Source: an uncultured Candidatus Rokubacteria bacterium (lineage in GTDB: Bacteria > Methylomirabilota > Methylomirabilia > Rokubacteriales > DASRDR01). Taken from it: a DNA stretch of 64,000 bases. Below, in pieces: positions 52,270 to 62,418 of the stretch (positions are counted from its first letter, which is position 1; each line of letters begins with the position of its first letter). The position numbers and the translations under genes were made by a program. The notes under the pieces were generated by a model. That model ran no database searches. It saw only the letters and a list, made by a program, of their open reading frames with translations, and was not told where the DNA came from. Location of the stretch: positions 288,001 to 352,000 of the forward strand of contig CAWDVE010000017.1 of NCBI GenBank assembly GCA_963805625.1, given 5' to 3'.

Positions 52270-53670
52270 CGCTGGCCGCACCGCCGTCGCGCCGGCCACG
52301 GGCGGCGCGGACGGGCCCCGCGCGACCCGGGGGCGGCGGGGTTCGGCGCGCGGCGTCGCGCTCGAGGTCCTCGTCCGGACCGAGACGACGGACGCCTATG
52401 CGGACCGCCTGCTAGAGGTGCTCACGGACCGGGCCGGGCTCGATTCGCGGGACCGCGCGCTCGCCACGGAGCTCGCTCTGGGGACCCTTCGCTGGCGGCG
52501 GCGTCTGGACTGGACGCTCGCGCGTGCGTCGCGGCGCCCGCTCGAGGACCTGGCGCCCTGGGTCCGCGCGCTCCTCCGGCTCACCGCCTACCAGCTCGCA
52601 TTCCTCGACCGGATCCCGGCGTGGGCCGCGGTCCACGACGCCGTGGAGCTTGCCAAGCGGCGGCGATCTGCAGGGGCGACCGCCTTCGTGAACGCCGTGC
52701 TCCGGGCGATCGCGAGCGCGCCGCGTCCCTGGCCCGCCCCGACGGCGGCGGACCCGGTGGAGGCGCTCGCGCTCCGCGCGTCGCACCCGACGTGGCTCGT
52801 CGAGCGCTGGTGGGCCCGCTACGGGCCCGAGGAGACGGAGGCGCTCGCGCTCGCGATGAACGAGGCGCCGGCGGTGGTGGTCCGCGCCAACACGCTTCGG
52901 CTGGCGGTCGGTGCGGTGGCCGCGGCCCTTCACGCGGCGGGAGTCGGCGCGACGCCCACGCGGTTCGCGCCCGAGGGCTTCTCGCTCGAGCGCGTGGGCG
53001 ATCTTCGGCAGCTCGCCGCCATCCGGGGGGGAGTGTCGCCGTCCAGGACGAGGCGGCCATCCTGGTGGGACACGCCCTCGGACCTCTCCCCGGAGAGACG
53101 GTCGCGGACGTCTGCGCGGCGCCGGGGACCAAGACCACGCACCTGGCGGCCCTCATGGCCAATCAGGGTCGGATCGTCGCTGCCGACCCGAACGCGGCCC
53201 GGCTGGAGCTTCTCCGGGTGGCGTGCGCCCGCCTCGGGGCCAAGATCGTCGAACCGCGCCTGGCCGATGCGCACGCCCTCGTGGAGGACCTCGGGCCGAC
53301 GTGCGACCGCGTCCTGGTCGATGCCCCTTGCTCGAACCTCGGCGTCCTCCGGCGGAACCCCGACGGCAAGTGGCGGCGGCAGCCCGGCGACTTCGCAACC
53401 CTCGTTCCCACTCAGTCGAGCATCCTCGAGTCCGCCGCGGCACTGGTCCGGCCCGGCGGGGTCCTCGTCTACGCGACCTGCTCGCTCGAGCCCGAGGAGA
53501 ACGAGGCGGTCGTGGCTGGGCTCCGGGCGCGCCGGCCGGACTTCTTGCCCGACCCCCTCCCGCCCGCCGTCCCCGAAGCATGCCGGGCGGCGCCCGACGT
53601 GTTCCGGATGACGCCACACCAACACGGCTCCGACGGCTTCACCGCGCATCGCCTCAGGAGGCGCGCATGA
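52244..53670 (+). pseudogene. rsmB: 16S rRNA m5C967 methyltransferase, split by a 1-nt frameshift in a G7 run (53025-53031); possibly a sequencing error
   Basis: NusB-like N-terminus and SHPTW in one frame; VQDEAA, DVCAAPGTKT, DAPCS, YATCS in the other. G8 would restore the frame. Confidence 0.85.
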
Positions 53671-54329
53671 TCAAAATCGCCCCGTCGATCCTCTCGGCCG
53701 ACTACTCCGCCCTCGCCGACGAGATCGCGCGGGTCGAAGCGGGCGGCGCCGACCAGATTCACATCGACGTGATGGACGGGCACTTCGTGCCGAACCTCAC
53801 GGTCGGCCCGCCCGTCATCGAGGCGATCCGGAAGCGCACGCGGCTGCCGCTCGACCTCCACCTCATGGTGGACAACGTCGATCCGTACCTTGAGACGTAC
53901 GTCCGGGCGGGCGGAAGCGCGCTCACCGTCCACGTGGAGGCGTGCCTGCATCTTCACCGGACGCTCGGGCGGATCCGGGAGCTGGGCGCACGCGTGGGGG
54001 TGGCGCTGAACCCGGGGACCCCGACCGCCATGCTCGACTACGTGCTCGACGCCGCCGATCTGGTCCTGGTCATGTCGGTCAATCCGGGGTTCGGCGGCCA
54101 GACCTTCATCCCCGCGACCTACGCGAAGCTGGTGGACCTGAAGAACCGCCTCGGCGAGCGGTCGCTCGATGTGTCGGTGGACGGTGGCGTCAAGCTCGAG
54201 CACTGCCGCCCGCTCGCGATGCGCGGGGCCACGACGCTGGTGGCCGGCTCGGCGATCTTCTCGGCGACCGATCCCGCGGCCGAGGTGCGCCGCTTCCGGG
54301 CCGCCGCGCTCAGCGTGGCCACCACCTGA
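53667..54329 (+). CDS. rpe: Ribulose-phosphate 3-epimerase
   Basis: IAPSILSAD, HIDVMDGHFVPN, MSVNPGFGGQ, VDGG. Confidence 0.97.
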   Translation: MIKIAPSILSADYSALADEIARVEAGGADQIHIDVMDGHFVPNLTVGPPVIEAIRKRTRLPLDLHLMVDNVDPYLETYVRAGGSALTVHVEACLHLHRTLGRIRELGARVGVALNPGTPTAMLDYVLDAADLVLVMSVNPGFGGQTFIPATYAKLVDLKNRLGERSLDVSVDGGVKLEHCRPLAMRGATTLVAGSAIFSATDPAAEVRRFRAAALSVATT

Positions 54330-54382
54330 GGCGGGGCGCGCCCAGCGGACCGGCCCGCAGGTCGGCCAGGGTATCGGATCGG

Positions 54383-55102
54383 ATGGTCCACGTCGGCACA
54401 TCGGGCTTCAGCTATCCCGAGTGGCGGGGCACCTTCTATCCCGAGCGCTTCCCGCCGGCCCGGATGCTGCCCTACTACGCGGAGCGCTTCGACACGGTCG
54501 AGCTCAACAACACCTTCTACCGGATGCCAACCGCGAAGACGATTACCGGCTGGGACCGGGACACTCCGGTGGGGTTCGTCTTCGCCCTCAAGGTCCCGCA
54601 GCGGATCACCCACTTTGCCCGCCTGCGCGACGTCGCGGAGCCCCTCCGCCACCTCCTCGACACGGTCGGAGGGCTTGGCGCCAAGCTCGGTCCGCTTCTC
54701 CTCCAGCTGCCGCCGAACTTCCGGAAGGATACCGGCCGTCTCGGCGACTGCCTCGCGCTGGTGCCTCCGTCCGTCCGTATGGCTGTCGAGTTCCGCCACG
54801 CGTCGTGGCTCGACGACGAGGTGTACGGCGTCCTCCGCGCCCGGAACGCGGCCCTTTGCGTCGCCGACACCGAGGAGGGCACCACGCCCGTCGTCGTGAC
54901 GGCGGACTTCGGCTATTTGCGCCTCCGCGACCGCGCCTACGGGCCAGACGAGCTCGACGCGTGGGCGAGAACGGCCGCGCGGATCGAGTGGCGCGACGCG
55001 TTCGTGTACTTCAAGCACGAGGAGTCGGGGACGGGGCCCGCGCTGGCGCGAGAGCTGGTCGCTCTTCTGCCAGGCGCTGCTTCGCTCGAGCACCCCTTGT
55101 GA
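54383..55102 (+). CDS. DUF72 family protein
   Basis: VGTSGFSYPEW.G.FYP, TVELNNTFY, LLQLPP, EFRHASW. Confidence 0.9.
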   Translation: MVHVGTSGFSYPEWRGTFYPERFPPARMLPYYAERFDTVELNNTFYRMPTAKTITGWDRDTPVGFVFALKVPQRITHFARLRDVAEPLRHLLDTVGGLGAKLGPLLLQLPPNFRKDTGRLGDCLALVPPSVRMAVEFRHASWLDDEVYGVLRARNAALCVADTEEGTTPVVVTADFGYLRLRDRAYGPDELDAWARTAARIEWRDAFVYFKHEESGTGPALARELVALLPGAASLEHPL

Positions 55103-55132
55103 CGTCCGCGGCCCGAACCACGTAGCGTAGCG

Positions 55133-55451
55133 GGCCGTTCGAGAACACCCTCGACAACGCCCTGTCCTTCTCGCCGCGAGGCGGGACGGTGCGCATCGAG
55201 CTCACTCACCATGCCGGATGGGCGGTCGCCACCATCACGGACGAGGGGCCCGGACTCCCGGCGGGAAGCGAGGAGCTGATCTTCTCGCGCTTCTACAGCT
55301 ATTGACCCGGCGAGGGGAAGAGCGACGACGGCCACACCGGGCTCGGTCTCGCGCTCGTGAAAGCGATCGTCGAGGGATACGGTGGCTCGGTCGGTGCCGC
55401 CAGCCGGCCCGACGGGGTGCCGTCTTCACGGTGCGCCTGCCAGGCGCGTGA
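55133..55451 (+). pseudogene. Histidine kinase HATPase_c fragment
   Basis: DNALSFSP, DEGPGL, in-frame TGA at 55303, GHTGLGLALVKAIVEGYGG, frameshift before FTVRLP. Confidence 0.75.
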
Positions 55452-55464
55452 CTCCCTCGCCGGC

Positions 55465-58143
55465 TCAGCGGCGCGACTGTCCTCCTCGTTGGCCCCCGCG
55501 CCGGCCCGGCGCCGGTGGCGGCAGATGCTCGCGCTCGGCCGGCCCCGCTGCCTGAGGGGCGGGTGCGCGCATGGCGAGCCGCCCTTCCAGGCGCGCCAGC
55601 ACCGCGGCCATCTCGATCCCCGCTCCGAGCACGGGCAGGAGCGGGTCGGGGCGCCGCGCGAAGCGGCGCGGCACGGTGCGAATGGTGAAGCGCGCGGGGT
55701 CGAGCCGCGCGGTCACCTCCCTCCACTCGAGCGGGCAGGAGACCGGAGCGCCCGGCAGCGGTCGGACCGAGAACGGCGCGGCGATGGTGCGACCGTGACC
55801 GTTCTGGCCGAAGTCGACGTACACCTTGCCGCCGCGGGCGCCGAGCGGCCGGGCGAGCGTGGCGATCGCCGGCTCGGCCTCGACGACCAGGACGGCGAGG
55901 AGGCGGGCGAGGGTGCGCGCCTGCTCGTGCGTGTACCGGGCGCCGAGGGGGACGAGAACGTGGAGCCCGGTGGCGCCGGACGTCTTCGCGTGGCTTGGGA
56001 GATCGAGATCGTCGAGGAGGCGATGGACCGCCTGTGCGACGCGCACCACGTCGGTGAACGGCGCGCCCTTCGGATCGAGATCGAGGACGAGCCAGTCCGG
56101 GCGCTCGAGCGCCGGCACGCGCGCGCTCCAGGCGTGGATCGGAATCGTGCCCATGTTGGCCACGTACCGGAGCATCTCGGCGTCGTCCACGACGAAGTAG
56201 TCGATCTCCCGGTCGGTGTCCTTGGAATAGACCCGCTCCGTCCGCACCCAGTCAGGCGCGAACTCCGATGCGTCCTTCTGGAAGAAGGTCTTGCCGGCGA
56301 TGCCGTCGGGATAGCGGGTGAGGACGATCGGCCGGTCGCGGAGGTACGGAAGCATCACGGGCGCGATCGTGTCGTAGTAGCGGATCAAATCGCCCTTGGT
56401 ATATCCCTCGGCCGGCCAGAAGACCTTGTCGAGGTTGGTGAGGCGAACCCGCGGCGCCGGCGCATCGCGCGGCCCGTCCCCGGCCGTCGCGAGGGGAGTC
56501 GCGGCCTCGACCACCTCGGCCTCGGCCCGGATGGGCTCGGTCTCATCGGGCCAAGCCCCGGTATCCGGTGCCTCGCGGCGGCAGTCCTCGGGACGGACGT
56601 CGTCGCGGAGCCGGAGGTACGTCGGGTGGCGGACCCCGCCGTCCCGGGTCCACTCCGCGTACCGCACCTCCGCGACGAGCCGCGGCTCGACCCAGTGGTG
56701 CCCGCGCCCCGCGGGCGTGCCCACCTCGAACGGTGACGTCTCCCGGCGGAGCGGCTCGAGCTGCCGCCAGAGCCGCTCGAGCTCGGCGCCGTCGAAGCCC
56801 GAGCCAACCTTCGACACGTAGACGAGGCGGGCGCCGTCGTAGAGGCCCATGTGGAGCGCGCCAAAGCGGGCCCGGCTGCCCTGGGGGTCGGTGTAACCCC
56901 CGATCACGAACTCCTGCCGATGTTGGCACTTGATCTTGAGCCACGCGTCCGAGCGGCGCGCCACGTAGGCGCTCTGGGCCCGCTTGGCCACGATGCCCTC
57001 GAGCCGGGCCTCCGCAGCGGCCTCGAGGAAGGCGGGCCCCGCGCCCGCCACGTGGTCCCCGTAGCGCGCGACTCCGAGCGGCGGCAGGACGCGCCGGAGG
57101 CAGGTCTTGCGCGTGACGAGCGGCACGCGCCGGAGGTCGTGACCCTCGAGCGCGAGGCAGTCGAAGAACACGGCCTCGACCGGGACCGTGGCCATCGCGC
57201 GGGCCACATCTCCGGGGCGGGTGAGACCCATGCGCGCCTGGAGTCGCTGGAAGCTCGAGACGCCCCGTGCGTCGAGGGCCACGATCTCGCCGTCCATCAG
57301 GAAGCGATCGAACGCGAGCGCCCGGAGCGCCGACACGATCTCGGGGTAGCGGCTCGTGACGTTCTGGCCGCTCCGGCCGACGAGGGTCACCGCGTCGCCC
57401 CGGCGCTCCGCCAGGACTCGCACCCCATCGTACTTGATCTCGAAGAGCCAGTCCGCGCCCTTGGGGGCCTGCTTGGCCAGGGTCGCGAGCATGAAGCCCT
57501 GCTTCCGGACCGGCACCTCACTGACCGGCAGGTCCAGATCCCGGAGTCGCGCCCGGAGTGCGTCCCGCACGGCGCCCGCGTCGCGCATCTCCTCGAGCGT
57601 CAGCCCGGAGCGGACCGACCGGGGGTAGCGCTCGGTGGCTTCCTCCACCGGGATGGGTTCGCCGGCCTTCCGGATCAGGAGCCACTCCTTGGCCTTGCCG
57701 CTCATCCGCGCGAGGGTCCAGCGGCCGCGGAGTTTGTGGCCGTGGAAGTCCACCTCGACCAGCCCGCGCGCGAGCTGGGCCCGGAGATCCTCGGGCTTCG
57801 CCGAGCGGTAGCGCCCGTGGTCCCAGACGATGACGGCACCGGCTCCGTAGTTGTCCTTCGGGATCACGCCCTCGAAGTCGGCGTACTCGAGCGGGTGGTC
57901 CTCGACGTGGACCGCCAGGCGCTTGACCTCCGGCCGGACCGACGGCCCCTTGGGGACGGCCCAGCTCTTGAGCACTCCGTCCATCTCCAGGCGGAGATCG
58001 TAGTGGAGGCGTCGGGCGGCGTGCTGCTGAACGACGAAGAGCCCACCCGTTCCTGGCTGCCCACCCCCGAAGGGCTCGGGGGTGGTGTCGGGGTCGCGCT
58101 TCCGCCGGTAGGCGTCGAGCTGGGGCGGCCGCTCGTCGATCAC
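55465..58143 (-). CDS. ligD: NHEJ DNA ligase D (PE-LIG-POL)
   Basis: FVVQQHAARRLHYDLRLE (PE), EIKYDG and EGIVAK (LIG), RYPDGI and KTSGATGLH (POL); GTG 58143. Confidence 0.95.
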   Translation of the reverse strand: MIDERPPQLDAYRRKRDPDTTPEPFGGGQPGTGGLFVVQQHAARRLHYDLRLEMDGVLKSWAVPKGPSVRPEVKRLAVHVEDHPLEYADFEGVIPKDNYGAGAVIVWDHGRYRSAKPEDLRAQLARGLVEVDFHGHKLRGRWTLARMSGKAKEWLLIRKAGEPIPVEEATERYPRSVRSGLTLEEMRDAGAVRDALRARLRDLDLPVSEVPVRKQGFMLATLAKQAPKGADWLFEIKYDGVRVLAERRGDAVTLVGRSGQNVTSRYPEIVSALRALAFDRFLMDGEIVALDARGVSSFQRLQARMGLTRPGDVARAMATVPVEAVFFDCLALEGHDLRRVPLVTRKTCLRRVLPPLGVARYGDHVAGAGPAFLEAAAEARLEGIVAKRAQSAYVARRSDAWLKIKCQHRQEFVIGGYTDPQGSRARFGALHMGLYDGARLVYVSKVGSGFDGAELERLWRQLEPLRRETSPFEVGTPAGRGHHWVEPRLVAEVRYAEWTRDGGVRHPTYLRLRDDVRPEDCRREAPDTGAWPDETEPIRAEAEVVEAATPLATAGDGPRDAPAPRVRLTNLDKVFWPAEGYTKGDLIRYYDTIAPVMLPYLRDRPIVLTRYPDGIAGKTFFQKDASEFAPDWVRTERVYSKDTDREIDYFVVDDAEMLRYVANMGTIPIHAWSARVPALERPDWLVLDLDPKGAPFTDVVRVAQAVHRLLDDLDLPSHAKTSGATGLHVLVPLGARYTHEQARTLARLLAVLVVEAEPAIATLARPLGARGGKVYVDFGQNGHGRTIAAPFSVRPLPGAPVSCPLEWREVTARLDPARFTIRTVPRRFARRPDPLLPVLGAGIEMAAVLARLEGRLAMRAPAPQAAGPAEREHLPPPAPGRRGGQRGGQSRR

Positions 58144-58276
58144 TAGGGGCTGGCCCTCGCCGGCGGGACGACCCCAAGTGGTAGGGCGCCCGCGGGCGCT
58201 TTGAAGCATAACGGGCCCCGTGGTACGGTGCAAAACGCTCCATCACGTCGAGATTTCCGGGCCGGGAGGGCGCGTC

Positions 58277-59152
58277 ATGCCACCGCATTCGATCGGGTCG
58301 GGGACGATCTCCTTCGGACTGGTGTCCATCCCGATCCGCCTCTACACCGCCGCCTCGTCGGCGGGCGTGAGCTTCAACCTCCTCCACGCCAAGTGCGGGA
58401 GCCGCATCCGCCAGCAGACCTATTGCCCGGTGTGCAAGGAGGTCGTCGACCGGACGGCCCTGGTCAAGGGCTACGAGGTCCAGAAGGACGAGTACGTCCG
58501 GTTCACCGACGAGGAGCTGAAAGGCCTCGAGGGCGAGGCGTCCAAGGTGATCGACATCGCCGAGTTCGTCCCGCTGGGGAAGGTGGACCCCATCTACTTC
58601 GAGAAGACGTACTACCTCGGACCGGACAAGGGCGGGGAGAAGGCCTACCGGCTCCTCGCCGACGCGATGGCCCGGACCGACCGGGTGGCGCTCGCCAAGT
58701 TCGTCATGCGCGGCAAGGAGAGCCTCGTCCTCATCCGCGCCGCCCAGGGCGGACTCATGCTCCACACGATGTACTTCGCGGACGAGGTCCGGGACTTCGG
58801 CGAGATCGAGAAGGGGCAGACCGCGAAGATCAAGGACGGCGAGCTCGACCTGGCGGTGCGGCTCGTCGACGAGCTGTCGCACGAGGAGTTCGCACCGGGG
58901 CAGTATGAGGACGACCACCGCCAGCGGGTCCTCGCCGCCGTCGAGCAGAAGGTGGCCGGACGGGAAGTCACGGCGGCCGGCCCCGAGGCCCAGCGCGCCC
59001 AGGTGATCGACCTCATGGACGCGCTCAAGGAGAGCCTCGCCCGGCGGCCCGCGCCCGCCAAGAAGCCGCCGGTTAAGGTCGAGCGCCCCGCCGCGGCCGC
59101 TTCCGCCAGGATCGAGCGCGCCGAGAAGAAGGCTCAGGCCGGGCGGAAGTGA
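58277..59152 (+). CDS. ku: NHEJ Ku protein
   Basis: GTISFGLVSIP, LVKGYE, IYFEKTYYL, VIDLMDALKESL; divergent from ligD. Confidence 0.95.
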   Translation: MPPHSIGSGTISFGLVSIPIRLYTAASSAGVSFNLLHAKCGSRIRQQTYCPVCKEVVDRTALVKGYEVQKDEYVRFTDEELKGLEGEASKVIDIAEFVPLGKVDPIYFEKTYYLGPDKGGEKAYRLLADAMARTDRVALAKFVMRGKESLVLIRAAQGGLMLHTMYFADEVRDFGEIEKGQTAKIKDGELDLAVRLVDELSHEEFAPGQYEDDHRQRVLAAVEQKVAGREVTAAGPEAQRAQVIDLMDALKESLARRPAPAKKPPVKVERPAAAASARIERAEKKAQAGRK

Positions 59153-59171
59153 CCGCCGTCTCCGAGGAGGG

Positions 59172-60893
59172 GTGAACCCTTCGCGAGAGAATCGGGCCGG
59201 GCCGTCCGCCGCCATCGTCTTCGCTGTCGCCCTTGCCCTCCGGCTGGGTCACGTCCTCGCGCTGAGGGACAGTCCATACTTCGCGCGCCCCGTCCTCGAC
59301 GCCGAGACCTACTACTGGGCGGCCCGTGCCCTGGCGGCCGGGGAGGGATGGGCGGAGGCCGTGTACTGGCAGCCGCCCGGCTACCCGTACTTCCTCGGCG
59401 CGATCCTCCGGCTCGCGGGTCCAGGATTCCTCGCGCCGCGCCTCGTCCAGGCGGTGCTGGGCGCGCTGACCGCCGCGTTGACCTGTGCCATCGGCACCCG
59501 CGTGTTCGGCCGGGCGGTCGGGCTCGGCGCCGGAATGGCCGTGGCCCTCTACGGCGTGCTCATCTACTACGATGGCGAGCTGCTCGCGCCATCCCTGGCG
59601 ATCTGCCTCCAGATGGCGACCCTCTACTGCGCGGCGCGGGCGCCGGCGGAGCGCGGCGGGCGCGGCTGGCTCGCCACGGGTCTCCTGGGCGGCTTGACGG
59701 CGGTCGTGAACGCGCCGGCCCTCGTCCTCCTCCCGATCCTGGCGATCGCGGCCCGCCGGCGGGCCGTCTGGCTCTTCCTGGGGGCGGCCATCGCGATCGC
59801 GCCCGTGACGCTCAGGAACTGGACCGAGGGCGGGGAGCTCGTCCTCATCTCGTCGAATACCGGGATCAACCTCTATCTTGGCAACAATCCCCGGTACGAC
59901 GCGACAGTGGGAATGCGCCCCGGCCGCGACTGGCAGGCGCTCCTCCGAGCGCCGCGACTCCACGGCGTGTCGGGCGCGGGCCCGGCGTCCCGCTTCTTCG
60001 TGGAGCGCGTCACGGCATATGCCGCGCGCGAGCCCGTCGGGTTCCTCTTCCTCCAGGTCCGGAAGCTCCGGTTGCTCCTCGGTGGTACCGAGATTCCCCG
60101 GAACCAGGAGCTGTACCCGGCTCGCGCCTGGTCCCCCGTTCTCCGGGTGCTGCTCTGGAAGGGGCCGGGGCTTGCGTTCCCGTTCGGCGTGCTTCTCCCG
60201 CTCGCCGTCGTCGGGCTCGGCGTGGCCTGGCGGCGGGCGCCGGTCCTCGCCGCCTCGGTCGTCCTGCTTGGACTCGCGGTCGTCGCGTTCTTCGTCACGG
60301 GACGCTACCGCGCGCCTCTGGTCCCGCTGCTGGCGCTATTCGCGGCGGCGGGTGTCCGATGGGCGGCCATCGAGGCGAGCCTGCGGGCGCGCGTGGCGGC
60401 GGGCGTCGTCGCGGTGGCCGTCTATCTCCTCGCGAATCTCGGCCAGGGACCGATGCCGCTTCGGATGAATTCCGACGCCGAACAGAGTCTGGCCCACTGG
60501 CTCGAGCGCGAGGGCCACCGTCCGGAGGCGTTCGCGCTCTACGGACGGCTCGCGCACGAGACGCCGGCCTCGTTCGACGCGTGGTACGGGGTCGCCCAGC
60601 TGGCGAGGATGCTCGGGCAGCCGGCCGAGGCCGCCGCGGCGCTGGCGAGGATCCGCGGGCTCGAGCCAGAGTTCCTCGACACCGCGCTCCTCCTGGCGCG
60701 CGCCGGGCTCGGGGCCGGGTGCGGGGCCGAGGCGGAGGCCTTCGCCCACCGCGCGATGGCGCTCGACGGCCGAAGCGATCTGGCCCGGGCGCTCCTCCGG
60801 GAGGCCCAGGCGCTCCGGGCCGCTCGACTCGCGGGGCCTTCGGGCGGCTGCCCCGACCAGGTCTTCGTCGCCCCATTCGCGCTCGCGTCGTAG
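59172..60893 (+). CDS. GT39/PMT_2-like membrane glycosyltransferase with C-terminal TPRs
   Basis: LDAETY, QPPGYPYFL, GINLYLGNNP, GRYRAP, TPR-like helices. Confidence 0.8.
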   Translation: MNPSRENRAGPSAAIVFAVALALRLGHVLALRDSPYFARPVLDAETYYWAARALAAGEGWAEAVYWQPPGYPYFLGAILRLAGPGFLAPRLVQAVLGALTAALTCAIGTRVFGRAVGLGAGMAVALYGVLIYYDGELLAPSLAICLQMATLYCAARAPAERGGRGWLATGLLGGLTAVVNAPALVLLPILAIAARRRAVWLFLGAAIAIAPVTLRNWTEGGELVLISSNTGINLYLGNNPRYDATVGMRPGRDWQALLRAPRLHGVSGAGPASRFFVERVTAYAAREPVGFLFLQVRKLRLLLGGTEIPRNQELYPARAWSPVLRVLLWKGPGLAFPFGVLLPLAVVGLGVAWRRAPVLAASVVLLGLAVVAFFVTGRYRAPLVPLLALFAAAGVRWAAIEASLRARVAAGVVAVAVYLLANLGQGPMPLRMNSDAEQSLAHWLEREGHRPEAFALYGRLAHETPASFDAWYGVAQLARMLGQPAEAAAALARIRGLEPEFLDTALLLARAGLGAGCGAEAEAFAHRAMALDGRSDLARALLREAQALRAARLAGPSGGCPDQVFVAPFALAS

Positions 60894-60957
60894 GGGCGGG
60901 CGCCGGGGTCCCCGACAGGCCTCACTCGGGCCGTCCGGCGGGGCATTTCGGGCCACG

Positions 60958-60975
60958 ACTTTGCCGCCGCTTCCT
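60958..60975. repeat. 18-bp target-site duplication ACTTTGCCGCCGCTTCCT (second copy 63976-63993)
   Basis: Exact direct repeat flanking IS1202-like copy 2. Confidence 0.92.
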
Positions 60976-61000
60976 GTAGCTGTCCAGTGAAAATGTCACC

Positions 61001-62416
61001 CTAACTGTTCCGTGAGAATGTCACCCCTGTGTGAGGGGTGTGGCGACGGAGGTTGAGTGAGCGGCGCCAGGGATGCGTGGCGGCGGGGCGAGCCGTCTGG
61101 GTGGTCGGGGTGAGGCGGCGCGCCGAGGGGCGCGCAGGCGGTTTCTGGGGAATACTCTGATGGCGGCCCCCCTCCTCCGACGCAGTCCTGGAGGCGCGTA
61201 GGCGACGCGTGCGCTCCGCGTGGGGCTTGCTGCGGGGCGTGAGGACGAAATCAGGCCCCGGCGAGGGCTGACTGACGAGTCGCCCGCCGGCGCGGACGAC
61301 AAGGAGCCGGCCGTCGACACACTCGCGGAGGTCGACACGGCGGCCCGCGGAGGAGCGGCCGGAAGGACCGGGGGGGATCTGGGCCCAGCGGGTCCCCAGG
61401 CGGACGGTGTTGTCGGGGGCGACGACGCGGGTGTAGCGGCAGCTGAGTTGGTCGGCGAAGTCCCGCGGCCGCGGCCGCCAGGCGGCGTGGGCGTCGGTGG
61501 GGGGATGAGCGAAGCGGCCATTGTAATCGGCGAGGAACTCAGGGAGGAAGGCGTTGGCCGCCGCGCGGGTCGCGATCCCGCGCAGGCGGAGCTCGACGAC
61601 GAGGCGATCTTGCAGGGTGCGCCAGAGCCGTTCGATGCGCCCCTTGGCCTGGGGGGAGCCCGCCGCCAGGAAGCCGATGGCGAGGTCTCGGAGGATCTGG
61701 CCGAAATGGGTGGGGTGCTGGTGGCCTTGGAGTTCTTCCGCGAGCGTCCAGTGCGGGTCGTTGCGGACGAAAACGCCGAAACGATCGCCGTACAGGGTCA
61801 GCGGGAGGCCGTAGGCCAGACCGATTTGCTGGAGCACGGTGGCGTAGCCGTGCAGGTCCTCGGTCGGCCGAACGTGCAGGGCCAGGACCGTGCCGGTGGC
61901 GTCGTCGATCGCGCCGTGGAGGGTCAGGGCGGGGCCCCGGTCTTCGAGCCACGCGTGGGGGCTGCCGTCGAGCTGGACGAGGACGCCCATGCGGGCTTCC
62001 GGGGTCCGGCGAGCCCGGTGCTGGCGGGGCCGGCGGCGATGCTTGGCCGGCAGGTCCAGGGCGCGGCGGATCCGCCGCACGGAGGCCCGGCTGACGCGGA
62101 GGCCCTCGACCTCGCGCAGCTTCTCCGTGGCGTGGCAGTCATTGACATCGAGGTAGGTGGTCTGCAGGAGCGCCGCCACCCGCGCCCGGACGTCGGCCGG
62201 CAGCCGGCGGGGGGAGGGTCGCCCCCGCAGGCGGTGGCACAGGCCCGACGCCCCGGCGGCCTGGAAGCGATGCTTGACCCGGATGAACTGCCGGACGCTC
62301 AGGTGCAAGGCCCCGGCTCCCTCGGCATTGGTGAACTTCCCGGCCAGGGCCGCCTTGAGCAGGCCGGGCCGCGGGACTTCCTTGCGACTCATCGTGAGAG
62401 GCTCCCATGTCGGCAT
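61001..62416 (-). CDS. IS1202-like DDE transposase
   Basis: QLDGSPHAWLE, IDDATG, PQAKGRIERLW, HPWRR; clear but diverged homolog of 2334-3737. Confidence 0.92.
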   Translation of the reverse strand: MPTWEPLTMSRKEVPRPGLLKAALAGKFTNAEGAGALHLSVRQFIRVKHRFQAAGASGLCHRLRGRPSPRRLPADVRARVAALLQTTYLDVNDCHATEKLREVEGLRVSRASVRRIRRALDLPAKHRRRPRQHRARRTPEARMGVLVQLDGSPHAWLEDRGPALTLHGAIDDATGTVLALHVRPTEDLHGYATVLQQIGLAYGLPLTLYGDRFGVFVRNDPHWTLAEELQGHQHPTHFGQILRDLAIGFLAAGSPQAKGRIERLWRTLQDRLVVELRLRGIATRAAANAFLPEFLADYNGRFAHPPTDAHAAWRPRPRDFADQLSCRYTRVVAPDNTVRLGTRWAQIPPGPSGRSSAGRRVDLRECVDGRLLVVRAGGRLVSQPSPGPDFVLTPRSKPHAERTRRLRASRTASEEGGRHQSIPQKPPARPSARRLTPTTQTARPAATHPWRRSLNLRRHTPHTGVTFSRNS

Positions 62417-62418
62417 GG

